A stretch of DNA of 64,000 nucleotides from Deltaproteobacteria bacterium (GTDB lineage: Bacteria; Desulfobacterota; Desulfuromonadia; Desulfuromonadales; Geopsychrobacteraceae), in contig JAJRWH010000043.1 of the NCBI GenBank assembly GCA_024276935.1, forward strand, positions 5,416 through 69,415, given 5' to 3'. Of the stretch, positions 47,676 through 56,055 are shown piece after piece. Position numbers and translations under genes: made by a program. The notes under the pieces are model-generated. The model was given only the letters and a program-made list of their open reading frames with translations, was not told the origin of the DNA and did not search any database. How positions within the stretch are numbered: position 1 is the stretch's first letter; the number at the start of each line of letters is the position of its first letter.

Positions 47676-48595
47676 TGCGACAGACCTGTCTTGATACGGT
47701 TTATCAACTGGCCCGGCAGGACGAACGGGTGGTCTTTATCGGTTCTGATCTTGGTGAAGGAACTTTGGCAGATTTCCGGCGTGAGATCCCTCAGCGGTTC
47801 TTCATGGAGGGGATCAGCGAGGCCAATATTCTGACCATGGCGGCAGGGCTGGCCATGAATGGCAAAATCCCCTACGTCAATACCATCGCGCCTTTTCTGA
47901 CCCGACGGGCCTACGAGCAGATTCTGCTCGATCTTTGTCTGCACCGGGTCAATGTGAGGCTCCTCGGCAATGGCGGTGGCATGGTCTACGCCCCGCTCGG
48001 CCCGACTCATATGGTGATTGAGGATCTGGCGGCACTGCGCGCAATCCCCGGAATGACAATTCTTGCGCCTGCCGATGCTGAAGAGATGCAGCGGCTGATG
48101 CGATTGACGACCGATTATCAGGGGCCGATCTATGTGCGTTTCGGTAAAGGGTTTGATCCGGTGGTCAGCCAGGCCGAACAGCCGGTTGTCATTGGCAAAG
48201 CCGTCACCTACGCCAGCGGGAACGATCTGTTGCTGATTTCGACCGGAATCACTTTGAAACTGGTTCTTGAAGCCGCCGAGAACCTGCAAAATCAAGGTGT
48301 TTCGACCGCGATTCTGCATTACCACAGTATCAAGCCCTTCGATACAGAAAGTCTTCTTGCCCGGGCCGCGCAGGTTCGGGCGGTGATTACGGTCGAAGAG
48401 CATTCGGTGATTGGCGGGTTGGGCGGCGCGGTTGCCGAAACATTACTCGAAGCGGATCTGGCCAGGGTGCCAAAATTCAGGCGGATCGGGGTGCCAGATC
48501 AATTCCCGGAGGATTATGGTTCGCAGGCCCATTTGATGAACAGCTTCGGGATCTGTAGTGAAAACATTATTGCCCAGGCACAGGCCATGCTCTGA
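47675..48595 (+). CDS. Transketolase, C-terminal (pyrimidine-binding) subunit
   Basis: FFMEGISEANILTMAAGLAMNGKIPYVNTIAPFLT, IRAIPGMTILAPADAEE. ATG overlaps the upstream stop (TGATG). Confidence 0.9.
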   Translation: MRQTCLDTVYQLARQDERVVFIGSDLGEGTLADFRREIPQRFFMEGISEANILTMAAGLAMNGKIPYVNTIAPFLTRRAYEQILLDLCLHRVNVRLLGNGGGMVYAPLGPTHMVIEDLAALRAIPGMTILAPADAEEMQRLMRLTTDYQGPIYVRFGKGFDPVVSQAEQPVVIGKAVTYASGNDLLLISTGITLKLVLEAAENLQNQGVSTAILHYHSIKPFDTESLLARAAQVRAVITVEEHSVIGGLGGAVAETLLEADLARVPKFRRIGVPDQFPEDYGSQAHLMNSFGICSENIIAQAQAML

Positions 48596-48621
48596 GATAT
48601 TTGGGATAAAGGATTTCAGTG

Positions 48622-49488
48622 ATGAAAAAATTACTGCTACTCGGTGGTAGCGGCAAGCTGGGAACAGCGATTAATCAGGTTTTCTCCCCGCAGTGGACGA
48701 TAAAATCCCTGACTTCACAGGATTTTGATGCGGCAAATCCTGAATCACTGCTGCCGCAGTTGAGTGATTTTCACCCTGATCTGATCGTCAACTGTGTGGC
48801 TTACCTGGGGATCGATCCCAGTGAGGCCGACCCCCAGGCAGCATTTCGGCTCAATGCTCTGCTGCCGCGTTACCTGGCGGAACTGGCCGAGAAATACAGC
48901 TGTCCGCTGGTCCATTTCAGCAGTGATGCGGTGTTCAGCGGTGCGAAGAAAACCATTTTGAGCGAGCAGGATTGTCCTGATCCGGTCAACCTTTACGGCA
49001 TCACCAAGCTGGCCGGAGACCATCTGGTTGCTGCCGTGACACCCCGGCACTATATCCTTCGTATTTCGCTTCTGTTTGGTGCCAGCAGCAAGCAGAACCA
49101 GTTTGTCGAAAAGATGCTCGAACGGGTTCGCAAGGGGCAGGCAGAATTGCAGATTGCCGCTGATATTGTTGCTTCACCCAGTTATGCCCCAGATATTGCG
49201 CGACAATTATTCAATATCATTGAAGAAAAACGACCCTGGGGACTTTACCATGTTGCGAATGATGGCCAGGCGTCGTTGTTTGACCTGATGAAGGAACTTT
49301 GTCGGCTCTGTGCTCCGCAGGTCAGGGTTCAGGCCGCGTCCCACCATGACTTTGCCGCAGTTGGGCGTAAAAATGATTTTACCCCGCTTTGTTCAGTCAA
49401 ACTGAATGCCTTGCGCCCCTGGCAGGAGGCCCTGGTCGATTATGTGGCAACCCTCGATATGAGCCCTCAGACAGGGGGAAAGGATTAA
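48622..49488 (+). CDS. RmlD-like NAD(P)-dependent sugar reductase (dTDP-4-dehydrorhamnose reductase family)
   Basis: MKKLLLLGGSGKLGTAI, HFSSDAVFSG, YGITKLAGDHLV (YxxxK). 288 aa. Confidence 0.7.
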   Translation: MKKLLLLGGSGKLGTAINQVFSPQWTIKSLTSQDFDAANPESLLPQLSDFHPDLIVNCVAYLGIDPSEADPQAAFRLNALLPRYLAELAEKYSCPLVHFSSDAVFSGAKKTILSEQDCPDPVNLYGITKLAGDHLVAAVTPRHYILRISLLFGASSKQNQFVEKMLERVRKGQAELQIAADIVASPSYAPDIARQLFNIIEEKRPWGLYHVANDGQASLFDLMKELCRLCAPQVRVQAASHHDFAAVGRKNDFTPLCSVKLNALRPWQEALVDYVATLDMSPQTGGKD

Positions 49489-49489
49489 T

Positions 49490-50578
49490 ATGAAGAACGG
49501 CAAATTACAGATGGAAGGTTCGAAACTTCTTTGGCACCTTGACCGTGTGACCCAATGGCAAGAGGGAGAACGGGTTGCGCCACTGCATATCGATGTCGGT
49601 TTGAGCAAAAGTTGCAATATCCGTTGTGAATACTGTTTCGGTTCGATGCAGGGCAATCGTTTTGTTACCAAAGATCCCCGCGCTTTTCCCCGCGAGGCGC
49701 TGCTGCGTTATGTCGAAGATGCCGGTGCGATCGGGGTGCGTTCGATGGCCTTTATCGGTGAAGCCGAACCTTTGCTGAACCCGGCGGTTTACGAGGCAAT
49801 TGTCGCCGGGAAAAAAGCCGGGGTCGACATTGCCCTGGGAAGCAACGGGATTCTGTATGAGATGTCACCTGCTGGTGAAGAGGCACTCGAATATTTGACC
49901 TGGCTGCGTTTCAATATCAGTGCCGCCAGTGCCGAAGGCTACAAGAGGATTCACAACAGTGATGATTTTGAAACAGCACTGCAAAAGATTCGCTACTGTG
50001 TCGGTATCAAGCGGCAGAAAAATCTCGATGTGACCATCGGTTTACAGATGGTTCTGACGCCGAGCAATCGTGATCAGGTGGTGGGGTTGGCGAAGCTGGG
50101 CCGTGAACTCGGGGTTGATTACCTGGTGGTCAAACAGTGCAGCGATACCCCGGACAGCACTCTTGGAATTTATGATCACTTGAAGGAATACCGTGATTTT
50201 AACGAGTTGTTACAGGAAGCCGAGGCCCAGGCGACCGATGACTACAAGGTTATCATCAAATGGAACATGATCGAAAACGAGGGTGCTCGTCATTACGATG
50301 TCTGCTATGCACCACCTTTTCTGCTCTATTCGAGCGGTGACGGCAAGCTTTTCCCCTGTGGGGCCTTTTTCGATCATCGGGCCGATGAATTCTGCATGGG
50401 TGATCTGGTCGAACAATCTTTTCGTCAGATTATCGAGAGCGACCGCTATTGGGACGTCGTTGAGCGGGTCAAGCAGCTCGACGTTCATTGCGACTGTTAT
50501 TCGAACTGCCGTTCGCACTTCGTTAATGATTTTCTGTGGCAGGTCAAACATCCGCCGCAGCATGTCAATTTTATCTGA
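49490..50578 (+). CDS. Radical SAM enzyme, paralog 2 of 3
   Basis: CNIRCEYC, GEAEP, FNISAASAEGYKRIH, C-terminal Cys cluster (CGAFFDH..HCDCYSNCRSHF), tail HVNFI. The N-terminal SKLLWHLDRV is shared with paralog 3. Confidence 0.8.
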   Translation: MKNGKLQMEGSKLLWHLDRVTQWQEGERVAPLHIDVGLSKSCNIRCEYCFGSMQGNRFVTKDPRAFPREALLRYVEDAGAIGVRSMAFIGEAEPLLNPAVYEAIVAGKKAGVDIALGSNGILYEMSPAGEEALEYLTWLRFNISAASAEGYKRIHNSDDFETALQKIRYCVGIKRQKNLDVTIGLQMVLTPSNRDQVVGLAKLGRELGVDYLVVKQCSDTPDSTLGIYDHLKEYRDFNELLQEAEAQATDDYKVIIKWNMIENEGARHYDVCYAPPFLLYSSGDGKLFPCGAFFDHRADEFCMGDLVEQSFRQIIESDRYWDVVERVKQLDVHCDCYSNCRSHFVNDFLWQVKHPPQHVNFI

Positions 50579-50598
50579 AAAGACAAAGGATTGCTGTA

Positions 50599-51663
50599 AT
50601 GGATGACAGCTATAAAATGTCCGGCCACAAACTTTTATGGCACCTTGACCGGGTTCACGACTGGGCCGAAGGCAAGCAGATCGCACCGCTCTATCTCGAT
50701 ATGGGGATCACCCAGTCGTGTAATGTTGCCTGCAAGTACTGTTATTATGCGACACCTGAAAATCGCACCGACAAGATTATTCCGACCCCTGCTCTGATCC
50801 GCTTTCTCGGCGACTGTGCCGACATGGGAGTCAAGGCGATCGGGTTTCTTGGTGATGGTGAACCGATGCTTCATCCCGGGGTTTATGAGGCGGTCACTGC
50901 CGGGGCTGATTGCGGGCTGGATATGGCGATCTCGACCAACGGTGTGGTGATGAAAGAAGAGGGCCTGCTTGAATTTCTGCGTGCCCTGACCTGGATCCGG
51001 TTCAATATCAGTGCCGCTGACGCCAGCAAGTATGAGCAGATCATGGGAGTGCCGCCGTCGGTTTTCGACAAGGTGGTCGCCCATATCAAAGCCTGTGTCG
51101 AATTGAAAAAGCGCTTCAAACTGGAGGTAACCATCGGTATGCAGATGGTTCTGATCGCTGACTGTGTTGATCAGATTGTCGACTATGCCAGGTTGGGCAA
51201 GGAGCTGGGTGTTGATTATGTGGTGATCAAGCAGTGCTCGGAAAGTGGTGAGGTTGGCCGGGGCAATGCGGTGACCGATATTGCCCCCCTGGAAGAGGTG
51301 ATGCAAAAAGCGGAATCCCTCGCCAATGAGAACTATCGGGTGATCATTAAGCGCCGCAAGATGGAGTACAATCAGCGGACCTATGACCATTGTTACGGGT
51401 GCGAATTTTTACCGCAGATCAACGGAGCCGGTGAGGTTTACTGCTGCGGAAATTTCTTCGGCAACCCGGAGTTTTATATCGGCAACCTCTGCGAGGAATC
51501 GTTCCGGGATATTGTCTTTGGCGAACGTTACCGGCAGGTGATGGACCAGGTCAAGCAGCAGGTCGATGTGCAAACCATGTGCGGTGAGAAGTGCCGTCAG
51601 AACGAAATCAACGAATTTCTCTGGTCGTTGAAAAATCCTCCAGACCATCTCAACTTCATCTGA
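50599..51663 (+). CDS. Radical SAM enzyme, paralog 3 of 3
   Basis: CNVACKYC, GDGEP, FNISAADASKYEQIM, C-terminal Cys cluster (CCGNFFGN..MCGEKCRQNE), tail HLNFI. ATG 50599. Confidence 0.8.
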   Translation: MDDSYKMSGHKLLWHLDRVHDWAEGKQIAPLYLDMGITQSCNVACKYCYYATPENRTDKIIPTPALIRFLGDCADMGVKAIGFLGDGEPMLHPGVYEAVTAGADCGLDMAISTNGVVMKEEGLLEFLRALTWIRFNISAADASKYEQIMGVPPSVFDKVVAHIKACVELKKRFKLEVTIGMQMVLIADCVDQIVDYARLGKELGVDYVVIKQCSESGEVGRGNAVTDIAPLEEVMQKAESLANENYRVIIKRRKMEYNQRTYDHCYGCEFLPQINGAGEVYCCGNFFGNPEFYIGNLCEESFRDIVFGERYRQVMDQVKQQVDVQTMCGEKCRQNEINEFLWSLKNPPDHLNFI

Positions 51664-51707
51664 AAAAACAGCTGACAGGGCGCGTGAAAGTCGCGCTCTG
51701 TCGGCTG
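51663..51707 (-). terminator. Terminator between convergent operons (canonical on the minus strand)
   Basis: 16-bp stem 51669-51684 / 51692-51707 (two G-U pairs) with a 7-nt loop. On the minus strand it is followed by TTTTTT (plus-strand AAAAAA 51663-51668). It begins 1 nt after the stop of the 51709..54291 gene. Confidence 0.75.
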
Positions 51708-51708
51708 G

Positions 51709-54291
51709 TCAGCAAGATCTCAACAACAGATCCGCCGCTGTTTTTATGGTGTATTTTTCGCGGATGGCTGTCCCTGCTTTTTCCACATGCGCCTCCCGTT
51801 CTTCCGGGTGCTCCAGAAAATAGTGCAGTTTCTCTTCCAGATCGGCCATGTCGTTAAAGCTGGGATAATCAGGATCGTCCAGGACCTCAAGCAGTCCTCC
51901 TGGCTGGTTGTCGGTCACATTGGTTCGTGGCAGGACGAAAGCACCACAGGCCAGACATTCCATCACCCGGGGGTGGACGTTGGTGTCACCATTGATATGC
52001 AGATTGATGCGGCTTCTCTGGTAGAAACGAGCCAGTTCTTTGCCGGGTGTAATGTGACGATGGCGATAGGGTTCACTGGCGGGGAAAAGGTGCCAGCCTT
52101 CACCGGCGATGGCCAGAGACCAGTTGTGCTTTTTACTGAGGTTGATCAACTGTGCGGCCAGGTCGGCACGCTGTACCCGGCGGACCAGACTTTGAATAAT
52201 GTAGTGAACAACTTCCTGGCGTAATTCCTTGCCCTGCAGATAGATGCCAGTTTCCATTTCTGCCCGGAAGAGTAGCGCCTCACCTGTTGCCCAGATACAG
52301 GCAAAGATTTTTTCGCGGCGGATTTTCGCGCAGATGAGGTTGAAAAGGGTTTCAATCTGCTGGTCCTGTTGTGGGTCACCCGATGGTGGCCAGTGCAGTC
52401 TGGGCAGGTAGCCGGCAAATGAGATATCGACATCATAATCATTGTTCGGGGGCTGATAGTAGTTGGCGTAATCGGTAAAGGGCGGGAAAAATTCTGAGCC
52501 CTCATACAGATGGGTCCAGTTGTTGGTGAAGGGCAGAATCCGTTCATCGCTGACCTCACCTTCAAACAGCTGTGGCAAGTCCTGCATCCAGACATGAACC
52601 CGAAGTTCTTTGGGAAAGTTAAAAACATTGCGATAAAAATTAATGGTAAAAATATCTGTAGCCCCGGAATGTTTGATTTCACTGGCCAGGTTGAGAATGT
52701 CCTGTTTTTTAAAGGCTTTGGGATAAGCGCCGCGGGCAGCGATATAGGTGGTTTCAATCCCGCGTGATTCCATTTCGGCCTGGAGAGCATTGCCAAACTG
52801 GGCGTAAATTCCTTTGACGGGCAGAATTAGAGCAAATTTTCGACTGTCCTTATGGTTGGCTGTTGGTGCTGCGGGGCGAATCTGACGCAGGATTTCGCGC
52901 GCAAAATGATCGTAGCTGTAGAGTTCACTGAAATGCTGTGGAGATGTTTCTCGGACCTGCCGACAAGCCTCTGCAAGCTGGTTTGCTGTTTGAAAAAAAA
53001 GGCTTTGATCTTCAAAAAAAGGTGGTTCGGAAAGTTCACGGCAGTCGTAGATGATCGGAATGCAGCCACAGGCACGAACTTCGCGCAGACGTTGCGACTG
53101 ACAATCGAACGGATGGCAGACCAGAGCATATTTGCTGCTGCGGTAGATATTGGCAACCGCATTGCCGTGAGGTACCGCTCCTTTGAAAAAGGGCATGACC
53201 GTCTGGTTGTATTCCCAGTAGCGACCATAGATTTCGACCTCAAGTTCCTGTTGTTGGCAAAGCCAGGTCACCGTGCGGTCACGCAGGGCCGCGTGGAGAA
53301 ATCGCCAGAAAACGGTGTCTGCGGTGTAGTCATATTTACGGGCAATTTCATCGGTCATTTTTTTGGTGACCAACAATCCGTTATCGATCAGGGTTGTCAG
53401 TTCGGCAAAAATGGCTCGACTGATTTCGGTTTCAAATATCTGCGGAGAGGGACCTGAGCCAATAAAAACGATCTTGTTCTGGCGATGGTCTGTTTTGTCG
53501 CCATGGAAAATAGTCTTGTCGATGCAGAAAGACTGGCGCTGAATCTTTTGTGCCCCGGCTGCGTACAGATAATCATCGAGAACGTCAGAAAAAGAATAAA
53601 CCAGATCGCGTGCGCGCCATTTCAGGCGATGCTGCGAGATAATTTCAGGCATGGGGTCCTGCCACCAGGTCAGATTGTAAACATCGGGGTGCAGGTAGGC
53701 ATTATTCAGATGGTTGATGTTGATGACCAGATGTGGATTGAACTTCAGATGGTCATCAAGGGTTTTTTGCTGGTCATACTCTTCCATTTCGTTCTGCTCG
53801 ATGGTCAGCAGGGTGGTATGGCCCATTTCGGCAAAAGCATCCATCAGGCTTTTGGCACTGTACTGCATGACTGTTGTCAGGCGGCTGGCAACACAAAAAA
53901 TTCGCAACGGACCCGAGGTGGGGATTTCCGGATGGAGTTTGAGAATTTCCTGGGCATAGAGTTGAGCCGTTTGTTGACGCTTATGGCGGATGGACTCCAT
54001 CATCTGATGAAAGTTTTTTGTCTGCTTGATGATCAGGTCCTGGCGGGTCCCCTCTTTAAAGACCACCTTGGTTGGCAGGCGCAGGTTGGTATTGGTGAAA
54101 AAATTGAGAGTCTCCTTGCGGGGGATCTGAATCAGATTGGGGGGGGCATCCGCTCGTGGATTTTCGGTTCCCAGATAGCAGATCTGCAGACCGTCAACAG
54201 CCATGGTTCGTTGAACCCGATTTTGTTGCATGGCAGTTTCGTAGGCCAGGTCGGCATCAAAAAAGTAACTGTCCTGACAGGAGTTGTTCAT
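51709..54291 (-). CDS. Large internally duplicated CgeB-like (Glyco_trans_1_2 type) glycosyltransferase
   Basis: 860 aa. Two modules of similar layout (RIFCVASRLTTVMQYSAKSLMDAFAEMGH.. vs KFALILPVKGIYAQFGNALQAEMESRGI..). Each ends in a CgeB-type segment (QRLREVRACGCIPIIYD; PRVMECLACGAFVLPRT..LEEKLHYFLEHPEEREAHVEKAGTAIREKYT). Confidence 0.6.
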   Translation of the reverse strand: MNNSCQDSYFFDADLAYETAMQQNRVQRTMAVDGLQICYLGTENPRADAPPNLIQIPRKETLNFFTNTNLRLPTKVVFKEGTRQDLIIKQTKNFHQMMESIRHKRQQTAQLYAQEILKLHPEIPTSGPLRIFCVASRLTTVMQYSAKSLMDAFAEMGHTTLLTIEQNEMEEYDQQKTLDDHLKFNPHLVININHLNNAYLHPDVYNLTWWQDPMPEIISQHRLKWRARDLVYSFSDVLDDYLYAAGAQKIQRQSFCIDKTIFHGDKTDHRQNKIVFIGSGPSPQIFETEISRAIFAELTTLIDNGLLVTKKMTDEIARKYDYTADTVFWRFLHAALRDRTVTWLCQQQELEVEIYGRYWEYNQTVMPFFKGAVPHGNAVANIYRSSKYALVCHPFDCQSQRLREVRACGCIPIIYDCRELSEPPFFEDQSLFFQTANQLAEACRQVRETSPQHFSELYSYDHFAREILRQIRPAAPTANHKDSRKFALILPVKGIYAQFGNALQAEMESRGIETTYIAARGAYPKAFKKQDILNLASEIKHSGATDIFTINFYRNVFNFPKELRVHVWMQDLPQLFEGEVSDERILPFTNNWTHLYEGSEFFPPFTDYANYYQPPNNDYDVDISFAGYLPRLHWPPSGDPQQDQQIETLFNLICAKIRREKIFACIWATGEALLFRAEMETGIYLQGKELRQEVVHYIIQSLVRRVQRADLAAQLINLSKKHNWSLAIAGEGWHLFPASEPYRHRHITPGKELARFYQRSRINLHINGDTNVHPRVMECLACGAFVLPRTNVTDNQPGGLLEVLDDPDYPSFNDMADLEEKLHYFLEHPEEREAHVEKAGTAIREKYTIKTAADLLLRSC

Positions 54292-54314
54292 GGTGGTTTC
54301 CCCGGTATTTTACT

Positions 54315-55028
54315 TTAACTCTGTTGGTTGATGAGTAGTTCGGCCAGTTGAAAATCGAGCAGGCTGTCGATATCGACCGAACGTTCAGCAGGCATGATCA
54401 GGGCGTGGGTGCGGGGGCCGATAAAGCCTTGCTGTTGTTGCAATGACGAGATTTCTGCCAGGTAGATAGCACCGTTCAAACGATAATAGGGTGGTAGTTG
54501 CTGGCGATTGCAGTTTCGGACTTCGGGACGTAAAAAATCAGCCATGTTGCCATTTTCAGGAAGACCGTTGCTCCACCAGGGGTGATGATCGCAAGTTGTC
54601 ACCGAAACGATGGCTTCGGCATTCCGGTTTTGCATGAGCTGAAACGCAGCAGCAATGTCTGTGGCACAGCGTAACGGAGATGTTGGTTGTAGTAGCAGAA
54701 TCTGCTCATATTCTTCTCCCCGGTCAGTAGCTTGCTGAAGGCAGTGTTGAATCACCTCAAAACTGCTTGCCGTGTCTCTGGCCAGTTCGGTTGGGCGCAA
54801 TGCCGGCACCCGTGCACCGTGGGAACGTGCAATAGCCGCAATTTCCTCCGAGTCAGTGCTGACCTCGATCTGGGTCAGGCCAGCCTTACGCGCCGCGTCA
54901 ATACTCCAGGCCAGCAGTGGTTTTCCTGCCAGGGGGCGGGTATTTTTTCCTGGCAGTCCCTTACTGCCCGCCCGAGCTGGAATCAGGACCAGAGTTTTTT
55001 TGGATTCAGAAATCGAAAGCATCGTCAT
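54315..55028 (-). CDS. neuA: CMP-nonulosonate synthetase (acylneuraminate cytidylyltransferase family; LegF-like)
   Basis: LIPARAGSKGLPGKNTRPLAGKPLLAWSI. 237 aa. Confidence 0.85.
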   Translation of the reverse strand: MTMLSISESKKTLVLIPARAGSKGLPGKNTRPLAGKPLLAWSIDAARKAGLTQIEVSTDSEEIAAIARSHGARVPALRPTELARDTASSFEVIQHCLQQATDRGEEYEQILLLQPTSPLRCATDIAAAFQLMQNRNAEAIVSVTTCDHHPWWSNGLPENGNMADFLRPEVRNCNRQQLPPYYRLNGAIYLAEISSLQQQQGFIGPRTHALIMPAERSVDIDSLLDFQLAELLINQQS

Positions 55029-56055
55029 ATTCGGAATTGGCCTGCTCGAAATCTGTCGGCTGGCCTATATCCATCCAGTAATCCTTGATTGGAAAGGAGC
55101 AGACTTTTTTCTTGTCGTCGATCAGTTGCTGGTAAAGTTGAGGCATGTCGAAAAAGGTCTGTTGTGGAATACGCTGCAATATTTCGGGTTCCAGGACATA
55201 GATGCCAGCGTTGACAAAAAATTTCTGGGTTGGTTTTTCACGGATTTCACTGATGATCGCGCCGTCAGTATAAACCACCCCGTAGGGAACCTGGAGTTGG
55301 TATTCGCGGACACACATAGTGGCATTGCTCTTGGCCAGACGGTGGTAATTGAGCAGGTGTTCAAAATTGACGTTGGTCAGCAGGTCCCCATTCATGACAA
55401 TCAACGATTGATCAATTTTTTCAGGCAACAGGCTGAGGGCTCCGGCTGTTCCGAGCCGTTCGGTTTCGTTCAGATAGCGAATCTGTACGCCAAAGCGTTC
55501 TCCCTGGCCAAAGTATTCACGGATTTTTTCTGATTTGTAGTTGACGCTGAAATAAAAATTCTCGAAGCCATAACGGATGAAACTTTCCAGAATTGTTTCG
55601 AGAATCGGTTTGGACCCGACGGTCAGCATCGGTTTGGGAATATCACTGGTCAGTGGGCGCAGGCGGGTGCCGAGGCCACCGGCCATCAGGACCACCGGGT
55701 TGTTTTTTTTAGGGCTGAGAAGGCAATCGTCAAGGTATTCGATCCCAACCAGGCGGTCGTTGTCATCGAGCATTGGCAACTGTTTGACTCCATGGGCCAG
55801 GGCCAGCTGAACCAGATCCTCTTTGGGCTGATTGATATGTCCGACCAGTGGTTTTGAGTTGAACAGGCTATCGACCGGATCTTCAAGCCCTTTGCCCTGA
55901 AGAAAGGCTCGCCGAATATCACCATCGGTGATTGTGCCGAGCAATTTGTCCCCATCTACCACCAGGGCAATCTGCATGACTCCCTTGTCAATGGCTTCGA
56001 TCGCTTCACGAATTCTGGCATCACGGCAGATTGAAATTTTACTGGCTTTGCGCAT
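55006..56055 (-). CDS. CBS-domain sugar-1-phosphate nucleotidyltransferase (PtmE-like GlcN-1-P guanylyltransferase type)
   Basis: Two CBS-type repeats (LLGTITDGDIRRAF; LPMLDDNDRLVGIEYLDD), then VVLMAGGLGTRLRPLTSDIPKPML (GGxGTRL). Start is ATG 56055 or 56088. Confidence 0.75.
   Translation of the reverse strand: MRKASKISICRDARIREAIEAIDKGVMQIALVVDGDKLLGTITDGDIRRAFLQGKGLEDPVDSLFNSKPLVGHINQPKEDLVQLALAHGVKQLPMLDDNDRLVGIEYLDDCLLSPKKNNPVVLMAGGLGTRLRPLTSDIPKPMLTVGSKPILETILESFIRYGFENFYFSVNYKSEKIREYFGQGERFGVQIRYLNETERLGTAGALSLLPEKIDQSLIVMNGDLLTNVNFEHLLNYHRLAKSNATMCVREYQLQVPYGVVYTDGAIISEIREKPTQKFFVNAGIYVLEPEILQRIPQQTFFDMPQLYQQLIDDKKKVCSFPIKDYWMDIGQPTDFEQANSEYDDAFDF

Noticed and set aside
42594-55533. 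Other long shadow ORFs in the glycosylation island (42594..43412 -, 47654..48403 -, 50635..51390 -, 53485..54318 +, 54772..55533 +)
   Set aside because: Each is fully antisense to an ORF with clear family motifs (transketolase, radical SAM, CgeB-like GT, NeuA/PtmE-like). They have no RBS and no recognisable domains.
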